Of a DNA stretch of 64,000 bases, positions 51,000-61,167 are shown piece after piece. The DNA lies in assembly GCA_037447605.1 (NCBI GenBank), contig CM074809.1, positions 3,090,689-3,154,688 on the forward strand. The letters run 5' to 3'. The notes beneath the pieces were generated by a model. The model was not told where the DNA came from. It did not search any database and was given only the letters and a program-made list of their open reading frames with translations. The first letter of the stretch is position 1. Each line of letters begins with the position of its first letter. The stretch comes from Zygnema circumcarinatum SAG 698-1b (Eukaryota > Plantae > Zygnematophyceae). The translations under genes and the position numbers were made by a program.

Positions 51000-52553
51000 T
51001 CAAGGCAGACTTGTGTTTCGAACACTATCCTCTATGTCATTACGGGAATACTTTCCCTTCTTGTACTTCTTCGACTTCTTGCCATCATCCAGCTCCTGGC
51101 TCTCATCTTCCAGCCCTTCGCTGTCCTCGCCTTCTACGCTATTCTCCACCTCCGTATTGTCACGAGGGTACTTCTTTCCCTTCTTGTGCTTCTTCGACTT
51201 CTTGCCATCATCCAGCTCCTGGCTCTCATCTTCCAGCCCTTCGCTGTCCTCGCCTTCTACGCTATTCTCCACCTCCGTATTGTCACGAGGGTACTTCTTT
51301 CCCTTCTTGGACTTCTTCCACTTCTTGCCATCATCCAGCTCCTGGCTCTCATCTTCCAGCCCTTCGCTGTCCTCGCCTTCTACGCTATTCTCCACCTCCG
51401 TATTGTCACGAGGGTACTTCTTTCCCTTCTTGTGCTTCTTCGACTTCTTGCCATCATCCAGCTCCTGGCTCTCATCTTCCAGCCCTTCGCTGTCCTCGCC
51501 TTCTACGCTATTCTCCACCTCCGTATTGTCACGAGGGTACTTCTTTCCCTTCTTGGACTTCTTCCACTTCTTGCCATCATCCAGCTCCTGGCTCTCATCT
51601 TCCAGCCCTTCGCTGTCCTCGCCTTCTACGCTATTCTCCACCTCCGTATTGTCACGAGGGTACTTCTTTCCCTTCTTGGACTTCTTCCACTTCTTGCCAT
51701 CATCCAGCTCCTGGCTCTCATCTTCCAGCCCTTCGCTGTCCTCGCCTTCTACGCTATTCTCCACCTCCGTATTGTCACGAGGGTACTTCTTTCCCTTCTT
51801 GTGCTTCTTCGACTTCTTGCCATCATCCAGCTCCTGGCTCTCATCTTCCAGCCCTTCGCTGTCCTCGCCTTCTACGCTATTCTCCACCTCCGTATTGTCA
51901 CGAGGGTACTTCTTTCCCTTCTTGGACTTCTTCCACTTCTTGCCATCATCCAGCTCCTGGCTCTCATCTTCCAGCCCTTCGCTGTCCTCGCCTTCTACGC
52001 TATTCTCCACCTCCGTATTGTCACGAGGGTACTTCTTTCCCTTCTTGGACTTCTTCCACTTCTTGCCATCATCCAGCTCCTGGCTCTCATCTTCCAGCCC
52101 TTCGCTGTCCTCGCCTTCTACGCTATTCTCCACCTCCGTATTGTCACGAGGGTACTTCTTTCCCTTCTTGGACTTCTTCCACTTCTTGCCATCATCCAGC
52201 TCCTGGCTCTCATTTTCCAGCCCTTCGCTGTCCTCGCCTTCTACGCTATTCTCCACCTCCGTATTGTCACGAGGGTACTTCTTTCCCTTCTTGTACTTCT
52301 TCCACTTCTTGCCATCATCCAGCTCCTGGCTCTCATCTCCCAAGCCCTTCTGGTCGACCTCCGCAACGTCCAAAGTGCTCTTGCCAGCATCCGCAGCAAC
52401 ATCGAGCCCAACCGTTGCATCCAGGACAGCCGCGTGACCGCTGCCATCATCCGCGGGAGCCATGCGTGCGGAAGCCAGCCATGTTCCCCACACTAGCGCA
52501 AACCCTAGTACTGCAAGCGCTCGTACAGCTGAGAAACTATTCACCTTTCCCAT
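51000..52553 (-). CDS. Secreted tandem-repeat precursor B: acidic spacers plus eleven Lys-rich cores; intronless
   Basis: Likely start MGKVNSFSAVRALAVLGFALVWGTWLASA at 52553. The 41-aa (123-bp) unit is GKKxKKxKKGKKYPR plus DNTEVENSVEGEDSEGLEDESQELDD. There are 11 cores, the last being GKKSKKYKKGKYSR. It is a paralogue of 43297-44769. Confidence 0.87.
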   Translation of the reverse strand: MGKVNSFSAVRALAVLGFALVWGTWLASARMAPADDGSGHAAVLDATVGLDVAADAGKSTLDVAEVDQKGLGDESQELDDGKKWKKYKKGKKYPRDNTEVENSVEGEDSEGLENESQELDDGKKWKKSKKGKKYPRDNTEVENSVEGEDSEGLEDESQELDDGKKWKKSKKGKKYPRDNTEVENSVEGEDSEGLEDESQELDDGKKWKKSKKGKKYPRDNTEVENSVEGEDSEGLEDESQELDDGKKSKKHKKGKKYPRDNTEVENSVEGEDSEGLEDESQELDDGKKWKKSKKGKKYPRDNTEVENSVEGEDSEGLEDESQELDDGKKWKKSKKGKKYPRDNTEVENSVEGEDSEGLEDESQELDDGKKSKKHKKGKKYPRDNTEVENSVEGEDSEGLEDESQELDDGKKWKKSKKGKKYPRDNTEVENSVEGEDSEGLEDESQELDDGKKSKKHKKGKKYPRDNTEVENSVEGEDSEGLEDESQELDDGKKSKKYKKGKYSRNDIEDSVRNTSLP

Positions 52554-52635
52554 TTGCACAGCTCCACTCTGTTGCTCCCAAACCTCTTGCAATCTCTGTG
52601 CCTGCTCTCTGGTTCACCGCTTTCCTCCCACGCAC

Positions 52636-52681
52636 TTTATACCTCGCCTTCCTCTCCATTGCCACAGTCAAAGTTTGACTG
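52636..52681 (-). promoter_or_regulatory. Promoter of Lys-rich precursor gene: TATA box plus palindromic double W-box
   Basis: TATAAA on the minus strand at 52641-52636. Perfect palindrome CAGTCAAA-G-TTTGACTG at 52665-52681 contains two TTGACT. A further TTGACC lies at 52983 and GACGTGGC near 53050. Confidence 0.58.
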
Positions 52682-54654
52682 CCATTTCCCAGACTTCCCC
52701 TCGCTTCCAGCTCCTCTCGTGTCCTCCAAACTCCGAGACCGTGTATGGCATTGCAGCTCTCCTGCCTGGCTTCCGAGGCCCTCCACATCATCAGTGTCCC
52801 TGTCGCCATGGATGTCATGCCGCTTATTTCGAGTGGGAATCACCAACGTTGGAAGGAATGGTCACCATCAGGCCGACCCTCCTGCCGCCATGTCGGGCCT
52901 TCCCCTCCCCTCCCTTGCCGCCATATGCCACCATAGAAGTTCTCAAAGTTTGGCAAGAGCTCAGACCGAGGGCGGGACGCCGTTGACCAGATTTAAAAAA
53001 AAAAAAAAAGACGGACCCAATCACAGATTGCCACGTAAGAACGTATGGCGACGTGGCATGCCGTGGTTGGTTCCGCTTCACAGGGCACCTTTGAATGGAA
53101 GAGTCTGAAGGCGCAGTATCATTGCACCGGATTTGCCCAGCTTCTCCCTCAGGCCAGAAATTGCTCTATCTATGAGCAACTATCTATCTATCTATTCTGT
53201 GCTTATGCTCCGCTTCTGACATACGGGTAATAGGCCTAGCCAATTTTGAGGATAGACAGCGTTTTTCATGTTATGCGACGACGAAAATGACAGCACATTC
53301 AATAACAACTCGCAGCTCGTTTTTTCTCCTTCCTTTCTCCCGCACACCTCTCTCTTTTCCTCTTTCTTTTCTATATCGCCATCCTCTCTTTCTCTCAACC
53401 AGCCTCGGCTCTCTGCCTTGGCAATAGAGAGACAGTAAGGAGAGGGAAGGGAGGGAGAAAATCATGAAAGGGGATAAAGGAAAGGGGAGAGAGAGGGCTA
53501 CTTTGGCGATAGACGGCAAGGAGAGCGGGGGATGAAACCATGAAGAGAGAGGAGAGAGATACAGATCAAGGAGACAGAAAGGGAGAGATGATTTGGTGAT
53601 AGAGAAACCACATAGATATAATGAGAGAAGACGAGAGAGAAAGGGGGAGGGGAAGGAAGAGAAAGAGAAAACGAGAGCTGAAAGGCAAATATTGCCTTGC
53701 TCGCTCTTCGAAAGGAGGTAACTTGTACTAGTCCCTGGTATTGTACTCGATGAAAAATGTACTCGCGGGTGCAAAGAAGTGCAGCCATTGGACTAATTAA
53801 GCTTGTAAGCAAGGTAGTACCCCCGTTTCACTTCCACAGAACAAAGAGAACACAAGGAACTGCAAAAGTTTATTGATTGAGAAACGCACGAGTCTACATC
53901 ACGTGCACTGCTGAGAGACCTTCCAACGACGGTCAACAGATTTGCTCTCTCGTTTATCAAGGTATCTGATTCGTTTCAAAACTACACGTGGGGCGGTGGA
54001 ATCCCCTGGATGGTGGACTGAAGATTTTCAGTATTATACACGTGGCATTACTTCGGAACGTGGTTCGGCGGCTGCTTGTCAAGTGCACTAATTTTTTATA
54101 ATGCAATCAAAACCTCACAGCGATGTCTCCATCCGGACTCCCTTTTCAGTTGCCGAACATGTTGGGAAGGCACATGGCCTCCCTTTTGTGCTCCGCGTTC
54201 TCAGAATGTGAAGCTTCTCAACTTCGAAGGCGCGGTTTGGCTCTCAATGATGGTCGCATAGACATTGCCAAACAGAGCTTCAAGTTGAAAGAAGATTAAG
54301 AGAGAAAGATAGGGAACTAGAAGCCACACAGGCAAAAACCAGAGGAACATGCTTGTACCTCAAATAGTCCAAACCAACCTGCATACTAAAAGGTGCCACC
54401 CAACGTGGTCAAGGCCTTGCAAAATCGAATACTCTCACACCGAAACAAAAAAATCCACACAGCACGGGAGAAGCGAAAATCCCGGTTATCCAAGTGAATT
54501 AAAGGTCTATCTTCATTCCCCTCGAGGGTGAAAAAAAAAAAATCTCAAAAACACTTCCTCTTCACAGCTTTGTACACAATGATACCGAAAGGCAGCTTCG
54601 CTACGCTCCTCGCGATACCAAGGCAAGCGCATGCAGGGCGCTACAATGCTCAGA

Positions 54655-55584
54655 TTAGGTATTCCTATATTTGGACTCGTCGATCTCAATGCCCTTCTCT
54701 GCAGCTGCTTCTCCGCCGGACTTATCGAGAGTGGAGAGGCCGCCCTTCCTCCCCATTTCCGCATACCCTTCCGAGCCCAACTCTTCAGCACGAGATTGGC
54801 CGCCTTTGCTTCGTCCTGCTAAGTACAAACGGGAAACAACACAGACAGTGGATCAAAGAACCGTCAAACAGATGAAAGAGTTGGAAATACTTTTCCAGCT
54901 TTAAGTGCCTACGGCAAAGTATAAACTGCGAATTATCTTTACGAGCGATGTTTTCGCAGTATGGCAGGATTAGCACGAAAGGACTAGCACATACAAGGCA
55001 AGAAGAGAAAACTAAATTGAAATCTTGACACTTGTGACTATTTCCCTATCATACCTTCGGCCAGGTGAACTTGAGCCTCGAGCGACTTTCCTCCAGTGCC
55101 ACCTTTCACGACCGTCTCACCCTCTTTTACCTTCTGCTCCAGTTCCTGGATAGCCACCAGACCATTTGAACGCAGAAAACGTAAGCACATACTTCCATAA
55201 TGGTTCACTCGGAAAAGTCACGGGGGTGAAAATACGCTTCAAACATAAGTAAGAAAAAGGACATTCGCAACACCGGGAAAGTGCCACAGACACGAAAAGG
55301 GTGCACACATGAGTCACTGCTTCTATCAAGAAGAAAGAAACATTAAAGACAGAAAAACTCGACCACACATACTTGAACACTAAAAAAAGCCCGTACATCG
55401 CAGAGTCTCACAAGGAACTGACAGTGCTCCCACACATAATTCTAGTAGTACACACGGTCCATGCAATTTGAAAAAAATCAGGCTGCATATCGCAAGATTC
55501 GTGCCAAACCTCGCGCTGCTCCTCATCCTTCATTTTCTCTTTGACCTCCTGCACAGCCTGCTCAGTTGCAGTCTTCTGCGCCAT
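54655..55584 (-). CDS. Em-like LEA group 1 (LEA_5) protein
   Basis: Exons 55584-55510, 55145-55055 and 54815-54655 give [108 protein letters not shown]. Confidence 0.93.
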
Positions 55585-55814
55585 CTCTCCCAAACCTCCT
55601 TGCAATTTCACCTCTTGCTCTAGCGGCTGAACGGACCTCTGAAAGAGAGAAGCGGAAAATATGACCTAAAACAAAGGAAAAAAACTACCAGGCTCTCCTT
55701 CCTTTTCCCTCCCCTTCTTTCTCTTCCTTCTTCCCCTTCCCTTCCCTTCCAGTAGTGGCCGAAACAGGACTGCATTCTGGAAACGGGTCTCAACAAAGAA
55801 AAAAAACGAGGCGC

Positions 55815-56033
55815 CATGCATTCCTGAGGTGCTGCCACGAGTCAGCCACCTGGCGCAATACAAGCACGTCGTGTCACCCGCTCTTGTCTGCACTCCGCGG
55901 CGCGGAGCCTGGCGGCCATGGCTGGAGGCTGCCAGAACAGAGCCTGCATGGCCCTTGCCACGCCTTGTGCCACGTGACCCAAGCCACACACCCTTACAAG
56001 CCTCCGACCGCCATGCCGCCTTGAGGACGTGGC
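55815..56033. promoter_or_regulatory. ABRE/G-box and RY motifs upstream of an Em gene
   Basis: CATGCA at 55815, TGCATG at 55945, CACGTG at 55971 and GACGTGGC near 56026. Confidence 0.5.
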
Positions 56034-57606
56034 GGGAAAGCAGTGGCCGACAGAGCTTCGCCGCCATGGCCGCCTCCACTGCTGCCAGGCGCCGCCGCGT
56101 AGCTTTACTGTTCTATGAGCTGCTGTAATACGAAACCGTACGGTATTACGGGATACATGCTCCCCGCAGTTTACACGGTAAAGACGATTTTTGCTGTGGG
56201 ATTCAACGGTTCTCAGTTGGTTCAACCGTTGGCTGCACCCAACCATTGGACTACCAATCATTGGAAAACAGTGGTCTGCCCAACGGTTGGTAATTTGTGC
56301 AATTTCCGTCCAGAGTGCCCAACTGCCCATCCCATTCTGTCCGTACAGCTACAACTCGCCGCCTCCTAACATTCCCAAACCCCAAACCCCATGTTTTAGT
56401 TTCCACTAGGAGCTGTGGGATCAATGTAGTCGACGATACCCTGCACATGGCAATGCATCAAAGGGAGCAATGTTTCGTTAAGTGGGTTAGAGAGGTAGGG
56501 AGCAGGGAAGGTTTGAGAAGAATGCCTCACCCCCATTGGACCGTCAAAGTGTGGCTCTTTGCTAGTGAAAAACCAAGTTTTATTCCACCAGGCTCTGTTT
56601 CAACCCAAAGTGAGTCGAAATTTTCTTAGTGTTTGAAGGGGTACTTGGCAGAAATAAAATTAGAAAAGACCCTCCTGCCTTCTCGTCTGAAACGATGTAA
56701 AGGGTCCTTCCATCTGGAATGTTTTTTGTATGCAATACCTCCAGTATGCTACAGAAGCTTGAAAGGATTGGGGTCAGGAGTTGGGAGGGAAGGGCAGAGT
56801 GGTAAGGGAGACGAAACAAGGGGAGACGAAACAAGGGTGCAGCAGGAGAGGGATGGAGCCGGAGGCCATTGGAGGAGGCTTGTAAGAAAAACGAAAGCGA
56901 GTTAAAAGAGGACAGAGAAAAGCAAGAAGAAGAAGAAGAGTCGCAGAGAATTCGATATCGCTCACGATTCGCTTTGGTTAGATCAAATCATCAGATTATT
57001 TTTGGAAAAGTTTACAAGTTTACAAGTTTCAGGATTCAATCTTCGCACTTTTGTCTGAATTCTTCGTTACTGAAAGCGACGGTCCTCGATCAGCAAGTCC
57101 ATTTGCTCAAAATGTCTCAATGAATGGACACATAATTCACGGTTAAAATTTGAGTGACTTCTTGAGAATAACAGTACGTAGTTGCACAAAAAAAGGCAAG
57201 GGACTGCCATCACAACTGAAGAGCAACTGAAGAACAACAGCATCTAACGCCTCAAAACACATTCACAACAAAACCAACTTAAAGAGGCATTTACGTAAAC
57301 GCAACCACTCTAAAAATGAGTATGTCCAAATATAGCATGAAGCAGCACAGCATGCTAAGTCTTTACGTTCTTAAAGCATCCAAACTCACATTATTATGTC
57401 GTTATGCACTTGAATTTTACAACATAAGAATCTCAAACTGGTTTCACGAGAAACAGACATGCCGTTCATATACGACTCTTATACCCCAAAATTGTGCCTG
57501 GAGAGACTGGACACATCTTGTCAATGTCCACTGGTGTCGCATAAAAATTCCTTTACTCTGTCACAACTTGCAAAGTGAAAGAAAGCAAAGCTCTACGCTG
57601 CCCATA

Positions 57607-58584
57607 TTAGACGTTCTTGTATTTGGACTCGTCGATTTCAATGCCCTTCTCTGCAGCAGCTTCAACACCTGACTTGTCCAGGGTCGAAAGGCCTCCCTTC
57701 ATCCCCATTTCAGAGTATCCTTCGTGGCCCAATTCTTCAGCACGAGCATGCCCACCCTTGGTACCGCCTTTGCTTCTTCCTGCAAGTTCATGTTTTACAC
57801 TGCAGTCAAGAACTTCCATTCATAATGCTTACGTTTTCTCATAGAAACCCAATTTTGAGAAAAGGTCCATACAATGCACTGCACTGCATTGCACTGGTCA
57901 TGCTTTCCCTCTCTGCAGCCATTCCCGACTCATCATGTAAAGTCAATTGAAGCCTGCTTTTCTGCAAGTGATCCAAAATTTTCCCGACAGTATTCAAATA
58001 GCTATCTCTGATGTTACTACGCACTTGACAGATGGAATTTCACAAAAACATATCTATCCTCTATGCGGCACATACCTTCTGCCAAGTGAACCTGAGCCTC
58101 TAAAGACTTTCCACCGGTGCCGCCCTTCACCACAGTTTCACCCTCGCGAACACGTTCCTCCAATTCCTATTTTCAGACAAAGCAACTTAGCTAACAAACG
58201 AAGCCTCCAAAATTGCAATTCCAAAAAACGGGAAAGGACATGCTACTTTACATCCGCAGTCTAAGCAATTGAATCCTATAGTTCTCAGACTCCTTTTGTA
58301 TGCAAGCCAGACCGTTCCTTTGCTACGCAAAATAAATTCATATCAAAAAACAGCTCTACATCAGAGGCAGACCGTAGTAGACCGTTTTGATCATAACAAG
58401 CGGTGAATGGAAAGCAATCATATTTTTATTGCAAATAATACCCTTCAGACGACATCGTCGCCAAAGGCAGCACTGCCATCAAAGGATCTCACATCTCATT
58501 GATAGGTACCTTTCGCTCCTCAGGGTCCTTCATAGCCTCTTTCACTTCCTCGACAGACTCCTGAGTCGCAGAGTTCTGAGACAT
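57607..58584 (-). CDS. Em-like LEA group 1 (LEA_5) protein
   Basis: Exons 58584-58510, 58166-58076 and 57779-57607 give [112 protein letters not shown]. Confidence 0.93.
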
Positions 58585-58820
58585 GTTGCCTTTACCCGCA
58601 AAATTGCACTTGAATTTGAAGGCCTCTTGAAACCTCAGCTAGTAGTGTCGCTGAAAGTGAGCCTTTAATGGCTTTCAAAACAACGAGAGTTAAACACTTC
58701 TGGATGCTCCGTTATAAAAACATCAAACACACCGTTGCGGCTTGACGATTATGCCATCATTTCCAGTCTATTTCAATCGATCTTTGCGCTACCTCGCAGC
58801 TGAGAAAGCAGACAAGCGCA

Positions 58821-58948
58821 CACGTGTCAAAAATAAGCCATGGAAGGAAGCCATGGTCGCAGGCCCCACGTGGAGGGGAAGCTTCCAGATTTCTGCCATC
58901 AAGATTTCTGCCCCAATATGAAGCTTTATGCGTGGCAGGCAGCATGCA
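58821..58948. promoter_or_regulatory. ABRE/G-box and RY motifs upstream of an Em gene
   Basis: CACGTGTC at 58821, CACGTG at 58867 and CATGCA at 58943. Confidence 0.5.
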
Positions 58949-59201
58949 GCTGCCTTGCAAGAGCATGCGCAGGATTCGCCGGTTGGGCAGCTCAGCCAGC
59001 ACCTGCACCGCTCTCCCTCCGCTCAAATGTATTATACATAGATGTCTCAATACTGTGCAACATTGAAACTGAGCAATATTTAGAGTGAGGGAGGGGGTGG
59101 CAAGAAATCGCTGCGGGGCATTTCTCCCTCGCATTCTCAAATGGCATCAAAACCTGTTTTGAAGTTTTAAGTTTTGAATTAGAACTGAAAAATCTGTTGT
59201 G

Positions 59202-60343
59202 TTAGCGAACCTCGATGTCGCTCAAGTCTTTGTTTGGTATTTTATCCGTGTAACGTTTCTGGCACGCCTTCGTCTCCTTCGTCCATGCGGTCTTGGCCTC
59301 CGCAGGAGCATTGGCGGCGAATTGCACAAGGGCCTTCTTCATGCCACGAACTATGGACCAAAGGTTCTCCTCCTCAAAAAGTTGCTGACATTGAAACTTG
59401 TAGTCATGCCAATTCGTCCCACCAAACTTTTCCATTAGGGGGAGTCAGACCTTGACCATCGCCCGCGGAATTGAAAGATTCCGCCGGCGGAAAGGTATTG
59501 ATTTCGATTGCAGAATTCGGGTCGGAAACCGCGGCTCCCCCCGAACCTGTCTGTCCCGTCCGTACTTCGAAATAGGTTACAAAAATGAGATAGGGTGGGT
59601 GTCCATCAGCGTTTTTTCGCCGACGTGGAGGTACAGGCGTAGTTTTGGAGGATGCTGTGGCGCCGTCGTGGCGCCGACTAGGACCGACGTGGAGGTACAG
59701 GCGTAGTTCCCCAAAACATACCCCCTGAAGTGAGTTTTGGGGAACTACGCCTGAGTTTTCCAATCGTGCGCCGCCGCGTGGCGTTGAAGATCCGTTCGAG
59801 ATGCCACGGGGGTACGGCGGCCACGCTGGCGCACAGCCGCCAACGCGCGGTGACCGTAGGTCGGGGTGGCGGCACGCGACTGCCTGCCTGCCTGAACCCT
59901 AACCCTAACCCTAATCGCACGTACGGTAACCGCGGTGGGTCACGGTGGACGAGTAAGTGTGTCCACGTGGCGTCCGATGATTGGCTCGCGCGACCTTTGA
60001 TGGAACCCGCAATTCTCCCTTCATGACTCTAATCCGATGTGGCGTTACAGGCAAACGCTGATGGACACCCACCCATACAGGCTCGGCGCTCGCCGCGCCT
60101 TTTCCACTTTTGGCGAAAAAGGCCTGCCGTACAAAGCAGAATTGGCCCGACGGGCTGGCGAAATTGATTTGGCGCTGGTCAAGGTCTGACTCCCCCTATT
60201 GCATTAGATGCATGCCGTGGCCATAACCTGCTGAGATTGATGGCGTGAACATTGCAAGCGCAGGCTGAGGGAGGAAGAACAATGCCACAAGAAGAAAAGT
60301 GAATACAAGTCTAATCAAGGATAACGCAAACTTTCATTGAACT
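59202..60343 (-). mobile_element. Ty1/copia relic: possible LTR end, PBS-like motif and gag N-terminus, interrupted by a TIR element
   Basis: MEKFGGTNWHDYKFQCQQLFEEENLWSIVRG (59435 downward) resembles the copia gag N-terminal motif. On the minus strand, CA|GGTTATGG at 60230-60221 lies just upstream once the 59438-60196 insertion is removed. Confidence 0.65.
59438..60196. mobile_element. Non-autonomous DNA transposon (759 bp) with TIRs and TA target-site duplication
   Basis: TIR GGGGGAGTCAGACCTTGACCA(T/G)CGCC at both ends; TA at 59436-59437 and 60197-60198; internal 20-bp perfect hairpin at 59698-59753; internal direct repeat CCGACGTGGAGGTACAGGCGTAGTT occurs twice. Confidence 0.85.
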
Positions 60344-60826
60344 CAGTCTGATCACGTTATAGTGACTGTGTCGGTCCCCACATATTTGTGTCACTATATC
60401 GGTAATGACCCGTTTGTCATTTCACATTTATAGTAACAATGTTATTAGATATGTTTTTCCGTGTATCCGTACGCCTTAGATACCGTACACTGTACTTTTT
60501 GGGCAGTCGTCACGTGGGTAGGTGTGTACGAACCCTAGTTAGCATGTGTACGGACAAGTTGATATGTACGGTCAAGTCGATATCTGACGGTATTAGTCGA
60601 TAATGTGTACGGTCGTAATATATTTGTAACGCATATTCCAATACGTGGGTGGATAATATCGACATTTTGAATATATAGTACCAATCAGGGTTTTTCAACG
60701 TCATTATTTCCGTAATGGCGTCACTACTGGCGCAGGATCTGCAGTGGTGCAATTCCGTTCCCGGAAAAAAAGTCAGTATATACATGCTGTTCTTATAAAC
60801 AGTGTCACTATAACGTGATTAGACTG
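60344..60826. mobile_element. MITE (483 bp) with CAGT-starting TIRs, Tc1/mariner-like
   Basis: TIR CAGTCT(G/A)ATCACGTTATAGTGAC, 22 of 23 matching. TA follows the right end; the left TSD is imperfect. The interior is AT-rich with about 8 GTAC motifs. Confidence 0.8.
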
Positions 60827-60954
60827 TACAATGTCTCATGCTTCTATAGCTACAGTACTTACATACATTGTGGCTAGCGCTACGCGACAAAACTTAGTGA
60901 CAACAAATTTGGGCCTGCTAGTGGTTTCTCCGCTCGTCGCCGGCCGACTTTTAT

Positions 60955-61071
60955 CCACGTGGCAGCAGCGCATCCGGCCATGTGGACCTTACAGATTCCA
61001 CGTGGAGCTCTATCGCGTCGCCACGTGGCACACGTATTAAAAACGGACGAGCGTCCTCTGCGCGACACGTG
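60955..61071 (+). promoter_or_regulatory. Cluster of four G-box/ABRE elements
   Basis: CACGTG at 60956, 60999, 61022 and 61066, three of them in CACGTGGC context; AT-rich TTTAAA near 61078; ATG at 61168. Confidence 0.65.
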
Positions 61072-61167
61072 GCAACATTTAAATGACGCGTCGCTCCAGT
61101 TTCAGGAGGGAGTGAGGGAGGGAGCAGAGAGAGAAGTGGGGGAAGGAAGTGAGCAGGAGGAGCAGCA

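Noticed and set aside
51030-52330. Regular repeat array superficially like CRISPR
   Set aside because: Head-to-tail coding repeats with no unique spacers, no cas genes, and a eukaryotic context.
50805-52678. Three long plus-strand ORFs (Leu-rich, Ser/Phe-rich, Cys/Pro-rich) opposite precursor B
   Set aside because: Antisense shadows of the 123-bp repeat; no independent start context or homology.
59441-59460. TGGTCAAGGTCTGACTCCCC as a retrotransposon primer-binding site
   Set aside because: It does not resemble a tRNA 3' end and recurs inverted at 60177-60196 with a TA duplication, so it is a TIR.
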